A DNA stretch of 64,000 nt from Bacillota bacterium. Its GTDB lineage: Bacteria; Bacillota; Clostridia; Lachnospirales; Lachnospiraceae. The notes below the pieces were generated by a model. That model saw only the letters and a list, made by a program, of their open reading frames with translations, ran no database searches and was not told where the DNA came from. Both the position numbers and the translations under genes were made by a program. This document shows positions 29,017 through 38,435 of this stretch, piece by piece. Each line of letters begins with the position of its first letter. The stretch's first letter is position 1. The stretch spans positions 3,573 to 67,572 of the forward strand of contig JAEZJW010000142.1 of assembly GCA_023415595.1 (NCBI GenBank), read 5' to 3'.

Positions 29017-29743
29017 GAAACCAGACTCATTAACAGACTTACAAATGCACTACTGTCCGGGCTGTACCCACGGTATCATTCACCGCCTGGTGGCTGAAGC
29101 ATTGGATGATTTAGAGATAGAAGGCAGGACAATCGGGGTGGCCTCGGTGGGCTGTTCCGTATTCGCCTACAATTACTTTAACTGTGATATGCAGCAAGCC
29201 TCCCATGGCAGAGCGCCGGCTGTTGCTACCGGAATTAAAAGAGTTCTTCCGGAACAGGTAGTGTTCACGTATCAGGGAGACGGGGACCTCGCAGCGATCG
29301 GCACGGCAGAAATCGTTCATGCTGCAGCCAGAGGTGAGAATATTACAGTCATATTTGTGAATAATGCAATCTATGGTATGACGGGCGGCCAGATGGCACC
29401 GACTACCCTGGAGGGTCAGGTCACCCTGACCACTCCCAGAGGAAGGCGTCATCAGGAAGGACTTCCGATCAGAATGTCAGAGATGCTGGCAACCCTGGAT
29501 GGACCGAGGTATATCGAAAGGGTATCCGTTCATGATCCTAAGAATGTCAGAAAAGCAGGGAAAGCAATCAGGAAAGCATTTGAACTGCAGCTAAAAGGGG
29601 AAGGCTTTACCATGATCGAGGTGCTGTCTTCCTGCCCGACGAACTTTAAGCTGTCACCGATGGGTGCATTGAAATGGGTGGAGGAGAACATGACCTCCTA
29701 CTATCCTCTCGGAGTCTTGAAGGATGGAGGGATACAGTCATGA
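29003..29743 (+). CDS. 2-oxoacid:ferredoxin oxidoreductase beta (TPP-binding) subunit
   Basis: [24 protein letters not shown]...[15 protein letters not shown]. Confidence 0.9.
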   Translation: MPEFKKPDSLTDLQMHYCPGCTHGIIHRLVAEALDDLEIEGRTIGVASVGCSVFAYNYFNCDMQQASHGRAPAVATGIKRVLPEQVVFTYQGDGDLAAIGTAEIVHAAARGENITVIFVNNAIYGMTGGQMAPTTLEGQVTLTTPRGRRHQEGLPIRMSEMLATLDGPRYIERVSVHDPKNVRKAGKAIRKAFELQLKGEGFTMIEVLSSCPTNFKLSPMGALKWVEENMTSYYPLGVLKDGGIQS

Positions 29744-30288
29744 GGACGGACAATATTATTCTATCGGGCTTTGGCGGACAGGGCATCGTTGCTGCCGGCA
29801 AGACAATTGCCTATGCAGGGATGCTGGATGGTAAGAAGGTGTCAATGTTCCCTTCCTATGGTCCTGAAATGAGGGGCGGTTTTGCAAACTGCCATGTCAT
29901 CCTCTCTGAGACGGAGATTTCCTCTCCCCTGGTCTCTAAAGCGGATGTCGTGATAGCCATGAGCCTTCCGGCAGTCCAGAAATTTGAGTCCTGGGTAAAA
30001 CCGGGGAAAACCTTAATCGTGGACAGCCATCAGATCAAAAAGACCGATTATCGCAAAGATATCCGTGTAATAGAGATACCCGCTACTAAGATAGCAATGG
30101 ATGCCGGTAATGTGAAATTTGCAAATGTGGTCATGATCGGTGCTATGATGGCGGTTCTATCGGTTCCCTCCTATGGGAGCATGGAAGCAGCGGTAAAAGA
30201 CATGCTGCCAAAGGATAAGCAAGATCTTGTCCCCTTGGAGCTGCACGTTTTGGAGCTGGGAATGAACTATTTAAAACAGGAGATATAA
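29740..30288 (+). CDS. 2-oxoacid:ferredoxin oxidoreductase gamma subunit
   Basis: [27 protein letters not shown] overlap with the beta subunit stop. Confidence 0.9.
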   Translation: MRTDNIILSGFGGQGIVAAGKTIAYAGMLDGKKVSMFPSYGPEMRGGFANCHVILSETEISSPLVSKADVVIAMSLPAVQKFESWVKPGKTLIVDSHQIKKTDYRKDIRVIEIPATKIAMDAGNVKFANVVMIGAMMAVLSVPSYGSMEAAVKDMLPKDKQDLVPLELHVLELGMNYLKQEI

Positions 30289-30291
30289 GAC

Positions 30292-31269
30292 ATGGAGAAA
30301 AAAGCTGGAATTATTGGTATTGGCAGTTATGTACCAGATAGAATTGTAACGAATTTTGACCTGGAGAAGATGGTAGATACATCGGATAAATGGATTGTTG
30401 AGAGATCCGGAATTTCGGAGAGAAGAATAGCCGAGGAGAATATGCCTACCTCGGAAATGGCGGTAAGGGCAGCTGAGCAGGCAATAGCAAATGCAGGGAT
30501 TAAGCCGGAAGAGATTGGACTGATCATTGTAGCTACTGTGACGCCGGATCATTTCTTCCCTTCCACCGCATGTCTGGTCCAGAACAGGATAGGAGCGGTC
30601 AATGCCGCTGCTTATGATCTCTCTGCGGCCTGCGCCGGCTTTATCTATGCCTTATCGAATGCCTGGCAGTATATCAGAACCGGAATATATAAGTATGCCC
30701 TAATCATCGGTGCGGATGCACTTTCCAAGATTACGGACTGGGAGGATCGCAATACCTGTGTATTATTCGGTGACGGTGCCGGTGCTTTTCTTCTGGGAGA
30801 GGTAGAAGAGGGCGGAGTTCTCTCCTCCCATATGGGCTCCGATGGTTCGGGAGCGGAATTCCTTACCTGCCCGGCCGTTTATTTCAGTCCTGAGGAAGAG
30901 GAGAAGAGAAAAGGGCGAAAGCATACCACCTGTATGAACGGACAGGAAGTATTTAAGTTTGCGGTTAAGATCATGCCTTATGCCTTTGAAAAAGCACTGG
31001 AGGGTGCAGGGATGAGTGCGGAACAGATCGACTGGTTCATACCACATCAGGCAAACTTAAGAATCATCGAAGCAGCAGCGAAGAAGTTCAATATCTCCAT
31101 GGACAAATTCATCGTAACTCTTCAGAAATTCGGGAATACCTCCTCCTCCTCCATTCCGATCGCATTGGCAGAAGGAGTTAAGAACGGTCAGATTAAGAAG
31201 GGGGACACCCTGGCAATGGCTGCTTTCGGAGCAGGCCTGACCTGGGCCTCAGCGATAGTTCAATTGTAA
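30292..31269 (+). CDS. fabH: Beta-ketoacyl-ACP synthase III
   Basis: DTSDKWIVERSGI, AACAGF (Cys), PHQAN (His), GNTSS (Asn), FGAGLTW. Confidence 0.95.
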   Translation: MEKKAGIIGIGSYVPDRIVTNFDLEKMVDTSDKWIVERSGISERRIAEENMPTSEMAVRAAEQAIANAGIKPEEIGLIIVATVTPDHFFPSTACLVQNRIGAVNAAAYDLSAACAGFIYALSNAWQYIRTGIYKYALIIGADALSKITDWEDRNTCVLFGDGAGAFLLGEVEEGGVLSSHMGSDGSGAEFLTCPAVYFSPEEEEKRKGRKHTTCMNGQEVFKFAVKIMPYAFEKALEGAGMSAEQIDWFIPHQANLRIIEAAAKKFNISMDKFIVTLQKFGNTSSSSIPIALAEGVKNGQIKKGDTLAMAAFGAGLTWASAIVQL

Positions 31270-31290
31270 GACCCTATATCATGAATCAAC

Positions 31291-31320
31291 AAACCGCCCG
31301 TTTATGAACGGGCGGTTTTT
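31291..31320 (+). terminator. Intrinsic terminator of the vor-fabH operon
   Basis: AAACCGCCCGTT-TATG-AACGGGCGGTTTTT. Confidence 0.85.
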
Positions 31321-31495
31321 ATACATTATGAAAGAATGAATGAACTTGAGGGATCAGTAAAAGCCAGAGGTAAGATATCTGTCAATAGGTTACTAAAAGT
31401 AAGTAATATGTGGTTGAATAAAGAAGAATATGTAATATAATAAAATTAGTACTATTAGCCAGATAACAGCACTTTTTATTGAAAGAAGGTTCCAT

Positions 31496-31939
31496 ATGAG
31501 TATTACATATCGTATTGCAGGAACAGGCGATGCCGAAGAGCTAAAAAGATTGAATGATGAATTCAACGGTAAGGACTACAATACCCTTAAGGGAATACGG
31601 GAAGCATTGGCCAGAGAGGATGCTGAGACGGTATTTGTAGCAGAGGCAGAGGACAGATTGCTGGGCTTCTGCTGTGGCCAATTGCTGAAGTCCATCTGCT
31701 ATGACGTGTTCTATGTGGAGATTACTGAGATCTATGTGGAGGAAGCATATCAGAAGCAGGGTATCGGAAAGGGACTGTTGGGTTATGCTGAGGAGTGGAA
31801 TAGAGAAAAAGGTATACATGATTTTCAGCTGTTCACCGGAGGCGAGAACCTGAATGCCCAGAAATTCTATAAAGGGCAGGGCTACCGCCGGTCAGACGAA
31901 ATCATGTATCGTAAGAGGGATTCCTGGAGCAAAAAGTAA
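31496..31939 (+). CDS. GNAT family N-acetyltransferase
   Basis: YVEEAYQKQGIGKGLL acetyl-CoA motif A; NLNAQKFY. Confidence 0.88.
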   Translation: MSITYRIAGTGDAEELKRLNDEFNGKDYNTLKGIREALAREDAETVFVAEAEDRLLGFCCGQLLKSICYDVFYVEITEIYVEEAYQKQGIGKGLLGYAEEWNREKGIHDFQLFTGGENLNAQKFYKGQGYRRSDEIMYRKRDSWSKK

Positions 31940-31974
31940 GTACAGATACGATAAATCTTTCGGAGGAAACATAG

Positions 31975-32652
31975 ATGGCAGAATACGACTGTTTAATTGT
32001 GGATGATGAGGTAGCATTATCACAGAGCACCTGTGATTTCTTTAATATGTTTGGTGTTAAGACACATTGGGTCGCCGATGAGAAAGCCTGCTTTGACTTC
32101 TTTAAGAGCAACAGTGCCGATCTGATCCTACTGGATATCAACCTTGGTCAATCCTCCGGCTTTCAGATCTGTAAGCGCCTCAGGGAGACCATGAATCTTC
32201 CAATCCTGTTTATCAGTGCGAGGACCAGTGATGATGATGTACTGCTCGCCTTAAATATCGGAGGGGACGATTATATCCAGAAGCCCTATTCCTTAAACAT
32301 CCTGATGACAAAGGTGAAAACGGTGCTTAAGAGGTATCGGGGAAGTTCAGACGATCACTCGATCCGCTTCGGGAAATATACCATAGATCTTAAACTGGAA
32401 AAGCTTACGGGCGAGGAGGGGGAAATTCAGCTTAAATCCATGGAATATAAGCTGCTGGCTTATCTGATCAGGAATAAGAATCGTATCGTAACTAAGGAGG
32501 AGCTGTTCCAGAAGGTATGGGGAGATGTGATTACCGGGGACGGCACACTGAATGTACATATCAGAAGACTGCGTGAGAAGATAGAGGATAATCCCAATGA
32601 GCCCCGCTATATTAAGACAATCTGGGGAACCGGATATGTATTTGAGGAATAG
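31975..32652 (+). CDS. OmpR-family response regulator
   Basis: IVDDE, LLDINL, GGDDYIQKP, VHIRRLREKIE...KTIWGTGY. Confidence 0.93.
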   Translation: MAEYDCLIVDDEVALSQSTCDFFNMFGVKTHWVADEKACFDFFKSNSADLILLDINLGQSSGFQICKRLRETMNLPILFISARTSDDDVLLALNIGGDDYIQKPYSLNILMTKVKTVLKRYRGSSDDHSIRFGKYTIDLKLEKLTGEEGEIQLKSMEYKLLAYLIRNKNRIVTKEELFQKVWGDVITGDGTLNVHIRRLREKIEDNPNEPRYIKTIWGTGYVFEE

Positions 32653-32661
32653 GAGCAGAGA

Positions 32662-33927
32662 ATGAAGATTTGGAAGATCATCCTACTGATCGTGACTGCG
32701 TTTGTGATAGATGCCGGTCTGACCTACTCAGTATTTAAGAACAGGGAGCAGGAGAAGCTGGATGTGGCGGCTGCCAATGATATTGTTCAATCCGTTGCGA
32801 AGCAATGGGAAACCATAAGCGGGAGCCCGCTGCCGGGAAGACAGTACGGTATGGATTATGCGGTTCTTGATCAGAATAATAAATTCCTCAGAGCCACCCG
32901 GAGGGGACTAAATGAGAATATTCCTGCTGCAATCGCAAACCGGGATACGATGATAGATATTACCCGGGAAGATGAGCTGCTTGGCAAACTGATCTTATAT
33001 AATGACACCGGCGAGCGGTGGCGGCAGTACAGGGAGCACCTTCAGAGGAGGACATTCCTCCTTATGTTAGTGATTGCTGTCCTATGTACTCTGCATGTGC
33101 TCATGATTGACAGAACCATCCTAAGGCCCTTTCGTAAGCTAAGGAGCTTTGCCAAGAATGTATCCGAAGGAAGATTGGATCTGCCCATGGAGATGGACCG
33201 GGGAAACCGGTTCGGGGCATTTACGGAAAGCTTCGATATCATGAGGGAAGAACTGAAAAAAGCCAGAGAGAATGAGAAGCTTGCCAATCAGAGCAAGAAG
33301 GAGCTGGTAGCCTCCTTAAGCCATGATATCAAGACTCCGGTTGCTTCGATCAAAGCGGTATCGGAGGTAATGTATGCGAGGGCGGAGGATGAGACGATAC
33401 GAAGCCAGCTGAACATCATTAATGCCAAGGCGGATCAGATCAATACCCTGATCACCAATATGTTCAATGCTACCCTGGAGGAGCTTAATGAGCTGAAGGT
33501 TACGGTAACGGAGCAGTCCAGCCAGGTCCTTTATGATTTGATCCGGAATGCCGATTACAACCATAAGGTAACGATTTCTAAGATAGAAGAATGCCTGATT
33601 ATCGCGGATGCACTCCGCCTGGCACAGGTAGTCGATAATATCATCAGTAACTCCTACAAATATGCCGATACCTCCATCCATGTTACCGGCAGGATCAGGG
33701 ATGATTACCTGGAGCTTTCCTTTGTGGATTTCGGCCCCGGAGTAGCTGCTGAGGAGCTGCCGCTGTTATATAATAAGTTCTTCCGGGCAGGTAACTCTGA
33801 GGGAAAGAGCGGCACCGGTCTGGGCTTATTTATTTCAAAGTACCTGATAAACAAAATGTCAGGGGAAATCCTCTGCGAAAATACTGACGAAGGCTTTGCG
33901 GTGAAGGTAAGCCTGTTACTGGCATAA
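32662..33927 (+). CDS. HAMP-domain sensor histidine kinase
   Basis: Two TM helices, HAMP, SHDIKTP, NIISNSYKY, DFGPG, GTGLGL. Confidence 0.93.
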   Translation: MKIWKIILLIVTAFVIDAGLTYSVFKNREQEKLDVAAANDIVQSVAKQWETISGSPLPGRQYGMDYAVLDQNNKFLRATRRGLNENIPAAIANRDTMIDITREDELLGKLILYNDTGERWRQYREHLQRRTFLLMLVIAVLCTLHVLMIDRTILRPFRKLRSFAKNVSEGRLDLPMEMDRGNRFGAFTESFDIMREELKKARENEKLANQSKKELVASLSHDIKTPVASIKAVSEVMYARAEDETIRSQLNIINAKADQINTLITNMFNATLEELNELKVTVTEQSSQVLYDLIRNADYNHKVTISKIEECLIIADALRLAQVVDNIISNSYKYADTSIHVTGRIRDDYLELSFVDFGPGVAAEELPLLYNKFFRAGNSEGKSGTGLGLFISKYLINKMSGEILCENTDEGFAVKVSLLLA

Positions 33928-33928
33928 A

Positions 33929-33970
33929 GATTTAAGAGGATTTAAGAATCAGTTAAGGATTGGGTAAAGA
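33929..33970 (+). promoter_or_regulatory. Probable OmpR-family binding direct repeats upstream of the ABC exporter
   Basis: TTAAG-like repeats at 33932, 33942, 33953 and 33964 (10-11 bp period), upstream of a TATAAT. Confidence 0.65.
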
Positions 33971-34042
33971 CCTGTTAATGAGTCAGCAACTATAATAAGG
34001 CTGTAAGTTCAATACAGTCTTATTTTTATGAAAGGAAAAACT

Positions 34043-34801
34043 ATGGCAAATGTAATCTTATCAACAAATAAACTTTGTAAAACCTTCTCTAATGGGGGAG
34101 TACAGCAGAACGTGCTTAAGAATCTGGATATCGAGATATATGAGGGGGATTTTACGGTAATCATGGGCTCTTCCGGTGCAGGGAAGTCAACCCTGATGTA
34201 CGCACTGTCAGGTATGGATAAACCGACATTGGGATCGATCCAGTTTCTGGGTGAGGAGATCTCAAAGCAGTCCGATGACAAGCTGGCAGTATTTCGCCGG
34301 GCAAATTGTGGTTTCGTTTTTCAACAGGTCTTTCTGCTCGATAACATGAGCATCCTGGATAATATCCTTGCCAGCGGCCTGCTCATCAGTAAGGACAGGA
34401 AAGAAATCACGGCCAGGGCGAAGGAGCTTCTGAAGCAGGTCGGTCTGGAGGAGATCACCTGGAACAAGTTTCCGACCCAGCTATCCGGAGGTGAGGTGCA
34501 GCGTGCCGCCATCGTGCGGGCACTGATCAATCAGCCCAAGGTAATCTTCGCCGATGAGCCTACAGGAGCACTGAATTCCGCAGCCGGTAAGGCCGTACTG
34601 GATGTTCTTACACAGGCGAATGATAATGGGCAGAGTATCATCATGGTTACCCACGATCTGAAATCCGCCAGAAGAGGAAACCGAATCCTATACATCCGTG
34701 ACGGTGTGATTCATGGGGTATGCAACCTTGGAAAATATGTCAGCGGTGATAGAGAGCGACATGAGAAGCTGCAGGCGTTTCTGTCTGAGATGGGTTGGTA
34801 A
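34043..34801 (+). CDS. ABC transporter ATP-binding protein (LolD/MacB-like)
   Basis: GSSGAGKST, LSGGEVQR, FADEPTG, MVTHD. Confidence 0.93.
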   Translation: MANVILSTNKLCKTFSNGGVQQNVLKNLDIEIYEGDFTVIMGSSGAGKSTLMYALSGMDKPTLGSIQFLGEEISKQSDDKLAVFRRANCGFVFQQVFLLDNMSILDNILASGLLISKDRKEITARAKELLKQVGLEEITWNKFPTQLSGGEVQRAAIVRALINQPKVIFADEPTGALNSAAGKAVLDVLTQANDNGQSIIMVTHDLKSARRGNRILYIRDGVIHGVCNLGKYVSGDRERHEKLQAFLSEMGW

Positions 34802-34925
34802 AAAAGAATTTTAGAAAATCAAAAAATTCTTGGGAAGAACTGCGAAACTCGCACATTGGTGCTCGTTCCTTGTTCTTCCGGACTATGAAGATGCCGCATA
34901 GCGGCATCCCTGGGAAAGGATTATT

Positions 34926-37280
34926 ATGAATAAAATATTAATGTTAGCACGTGCGAATATCAGGAAGACGAAGGGGCACACTGTTTCACTGCTTCTGATG
35001 TTCTTCATCTCAGCGATGTTATTGAACATAGGGATGCTGATTTTCAGCAATTTCGGAAGCTATCTGGATAGGATGGTGGAAGAACTTCATACCTCGGAGC
35101 TATATTACGTTATGCCCGAGTCCTATTATAATGAGCGAATCGATGAGTATTTGAAAACGAATGATACGATTGAGGAAATGGAATCGGAGGAAGCTCTTTG
35201 GGGTTCGGCAAAGATGGAATTCAGGAGTGATGCTTCGAACGGACGTACCATCCTGATCTGCGACATGGAGCAGACCCGCAGCCTGTCCAGGTTTAAATTC
35301 ATCGGAGAGCACCTGCCGGCTGAGGAGATGTCAATCTATCTTCCCTATCTGTTCCAGCTGGACGGTGGATATGAGTTGAACGATACGATAGAAATGGGAT
35401 TTAAGGATGCGACCTTTGAATTTACTGTAAAGGGCTTTATCGAGGATGTCCTGTTCAGCTCACCGGAAACCGGTCCGATGGGAGTCTATGTATCCCATGA
35501 TACCTACGCTAGGATATCCGAAGAACTTGGCGATCGTTATACAGCGAAGCTGATCTTCGCAAATCAGACGGAAGTGAATAAAGAAGTCGAGTCCGGTATC
35601 AGAAACCTAATCGATAAGGATGCTATTCTCCAATCAACGGAGCTTACAGATACCTTATTCAGCTTGGATCTGCCGCTGATTAAGCTTTCCCGTGTTATGA
35701 TGCCGAGTATGGTATCCATCATGATCGTTGCCTTTGCAGCCATTATCGTAATTGTATGCCTGATTGTAGTCAGATTCAGAATTAATAATAGCATTGAGGA
35801 TGATATGACAAAGATCGGCTCTATGAAAGCAGTGGGATATACCAGCAGGCAGATTATCCTATCCGTTGCCGTTCAGTTTACGATGATCGCTTTGATTGGC
35901 AGCATCACCGGAATAGGGATCTCGTATCTGACCTTACCCTCTTTATCGGATGTATTCGCACAGCAGTCCGGGCTCAATTGGGAACAGGGCTTTGATGCGG
36001 GTATCAGCAGTATTGCCTTAATTCTGATCTTAGTATTTATAGCTTCTGTGGCTTATCTGTCGGCCAGGAAGATTAAGAGGCTTCATCCGATCGTTGCGCT
36101 GAGGGGAGGTATCGTAACCCACAGCTTCCGTAAGAACCATATGCCCCTTCACAGATCAAGGGGAAGCCTTCCTGCGGTATTGGCTTTTAAGTCCATGCTG
36201 CAGAATAAGAAACAAAGTATCATGATCGCCTTTATTTTGATAGCGGTATCCTTTGCACAGACCTTTGCGGTCATCATGTTCTATAACACCACGGTTGATA
36301 CAACCGCTTTCCTGGAAACGCCCGGTATTGAGCTTTCCAATGTCCTGACAGTATTTAAGCAGGGGCAGGAACAGGAGAAGATCGTGGCCGAGATCAGGCA
36401 GATGGAGGAGGTACGGAAGGCTCAATACATTGACGAGGTTATGCTGAGTGTGGATGGTAACGAGATCATGTCCTTTGTGATGGAGGACTATTCCGAGAAG
36501 GAAACAGACACGGTCTATAAGGGAAGATACCCCATTCATTCTAACGAGGTTGCCTTAGCCGGTCATCTGGCAGAGATGTTAAGGATAGAAATCGGTGATG
36601 AGGTTACTTTAAGAAGCAGGGACACCGAGGCGGCCTATATCGTTACCGGATTGTCCCAAGGAGCCTATAAGGGCGGCATGAATTCCTCAATTACTTATGA
36701 AGGAATGCTAAAGCTGGACCCCGAATTCAGACAGCTGAATTTGAATATCTATCTGGATGAGGGAGTCATTGCCGGAGAATTCATAGAAAAGCTCAAGAGT
36801 ATCTATGGAGAAGCAATCGTATTTACCATGGATATGGACATCAATATGGAGCAGGGAGCCGGAGTGTATATCTCCATCGTTTCAAAAGTAGGAATTGTAA
36901 TTCTTGCTGTAGCTCTGGCGGTTGTAATGCTTGTACTGTATTTTGTCATTAACTCTTCCGTTGTACGAAGGAGGAGGGAGCTGGGAATACAGAAGGCGAT
37001 CGGCTTCACGACCTTCCAGCTGATGAACCAGCTGTCCATAGGGTTTCTCCTTCCGGTTATTCTTGGGGTAGGGATCGGCGGCTACATCGGCGCAACCCAG
37101 ACGAACAACCTGATGAGCCTGGCACAGAGCAGCATGGGGATCATGCGGTCAAATTTCATCGTAACTCCGGTTTCGATTGCACTATTCGGTTTGGCTACCA
37201 TTGTACTATCCTATCTCATCTCCCTGGTCATCACCTACCGGGTACGTAAGATATCTGCCTATGCGCTGGTAAGTGAGTAA
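34926..37280 (+). CDS. FtsX-like ABC transporter permease (duplicated)
   Basis: Two FtsX repeats (KIGSMKAVGYT, ELGIQKAIGFT) with multiple TM helices. Confidence 0.9.
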   Translation: MNKILMLARANIRKTKGHTVSLLLMFFISAMLLNIGMLIFSNFGSYLDRMVEELHTSELYYVMPESYYNERIDEYLKTNDTIEEMESEEALWGSAKMEFRSDASNGRTILICDMEQTRSLSRFKFIGEHLPAEEMSIYLPYLFQLDGGYELNDTIEMGFKDATFEFTVKGFIEDVLFSSPETGPMGVYVSHDTYARISEELGDRYTAKLIFANQTEVNKEVESGIRNLIDKDAILQSTELTDTLFSLDLPLIKLSRVMMPSMVSIMIVAFAAIIVIVCLIVVRFRINNSIEDDMTKIGSMKAVGYTSRQIILSVAVQFTMIALIGSITGIGISYLTLPSLSDVFAQQSGLNWEQGFDAGISSIALILILVFIASVAYLSARKIKRLHPIVALRGGIVTHSFRKNHMPLHRSRGSLPAVLAFKSMLQNKKQSIMIAFILIAVSFAQTFAVIMFYNTTVDTTAFLETPGIELSNVLTVFKQGQEQEKIVAEIRQMEEVRKAQYIDEVMLSVDGNEIMSFVMEDYSEKETDTVYKGRYPIHSNEVALAGHLAEMLRIEIGDEVTLRSRDTEAAYIVTGLSQGAYKGGMNSSITYEGMLKLDPEFRQLNLNIYLDEGVIAGEFIEKLKSIYGEAIVFTMDMDINMEQGAGVYISIVSKVGIVILAVALAVVMLVLYFVINSSVVRRRRELGIQKAIGFTTFQLMNQLSIGFLLPVILGVGIGGYIGATQTNNLMSLAQSSMGIMRSNFIVTPVSIALFGLATIVLSYLISLVITYRVRKISAYALVSE

Positions 37281-37391
37281 AAAACTGTAATCTTAAATTT
37301 ACTTCATAGCAGCCATATGCTATAATCGACTTTAATGAGCATGATGGAAAGGAGTCTGATACACCGTAATTATGGTGTATTACATAGGACG

Positions 37392-38249
37392 ATGAAGAGT
37401 AAATTAAGAAAGAATATTGAAATCATATTGAAAGGGTATATCATTGGTTCGTCCATGAGTGTCCCGGGGGTAAGCGGCGGTACAATGGCGATCCTGCTGG
37501 GCATCTATGACAAACTGATCAGCTCAATCAGTAATTTCCTTAAGGATATTAAGGGAAATACCATTTTCCTTTTTAAATTTTGCCTGGGCTCCGTACTCGG
37601 GATCGGATCCCTGGCATTTGTAATCAGCTGGCTGTTGGAAAGTTTTCCGGTACCGGTATCCTTCTTCTTCCTGGGAGCGGTGATCGGAGGTATTCCGGCT
37701 CTCTATAAGAAGACCAAGGAATCAAAGCTGACGGCAGTGTCCGGACTATACTTTCTGATCGGTTTGGTGTTGGTCATTTCCATCGGATTTATTCCCACAG
37801 GTAATATTGACATCAGTAACAGCAGCGGCTTCACCCAGTATCTGATGATACTGGTAACCGGTATTATCATAGCACTGGCTCTGATACTTCCCGGTATCAG
37901 TACCTCCCATATGCTGCTGGTCTTAGGTATGTATGATTCTATGCTGGCTGCGATCAAGGGTTTTGATATCATGTATGTCGGAGTTCTCGGCGTCTCCACG
38001 GTAATCGGGATCTTTCTCATCACGAAGCCCATTGAATGGACGATGAACAAGTTTCCTCACCAGACCTATTGTCTGATCATCGGGTTTGTCCTTGGTTCTA
38101 CGTCAGAGATCTTCAAGGATAAGATCATTCCGGCAGTACCTGACGGAGCGGGTATTTCCTGGTGGGCAGTTACCGCTGTTATATCCATCGTGACCTTTGT
38201 TCTTGGCTATTTTTCGATTATGTCCTTATCCAGATTTTCAAACGATTAA
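37392..38249 (+). CDS. DUF368 family membrane protein (putative undecaprenyl-phosphate translocase family)
   Basis: VPGVSGGTMAILLGIYD and ILPGIS motifs; polytopic. Confidence 0.85.
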   Translation: MKSKLRKNIEIILKGYIIGSSMSVPGVSGGTMAILLGIYDKLISSISNFLKDIKGNTIFLFKFCLGSVLGIGSLAFVISWLLESFPVPVSFFFLGAVIGGIPALYKKTKESKLTAVSGLYFLIGLVLVISIGFIPTGNIDISNSSGFTQYLMILVTGIIIALALILPGISTSHMLLVLGMYDSMLAAIKGFDIMYVGVLGVSTVIGIFLITKPIEWTMNKFPHQTYCLIIGFVLGSTSEIFKDKIIPAVPDGAGISWWAVTAVISIVTFVLGYFSIMSLSRFSND

Positions 38250-38270
38250 CAAAATAATATTTAGTACGAC

Positions 38271-38320
38271 AGGCTGTTACGAATCCTTATCCGTTTTGGG
38301 GATTTCGTAACAGCCTCTTT
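38271..38320 (+). terminator. Intrinsic terminator
   Basis: AGGCTGTTACGAA...TTCGTAACAGCCT hairpin. Confidence 0.7.
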
Positions 38321-38376
38321 CGTACAGGAGCCAAGTGCCGGATAACCGATTACTCCATACCATCTCGTAAAGCAGG

Positions 38377-38405
38377 CACAATAACGGAAGGCTGACCATA
38401 TGATA
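38377..38405 (+). promoter_or_regulatory. Putative SigK (late mother-cell) promoter
   Basis: CACA-16 bp-CATATGATA matches mACA-N16-CATAnnnTA. Confidence 0.6.
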
Positions 38406-38435
38406 TCCTGTAATCTATCATAAAGGAAGAATTGT

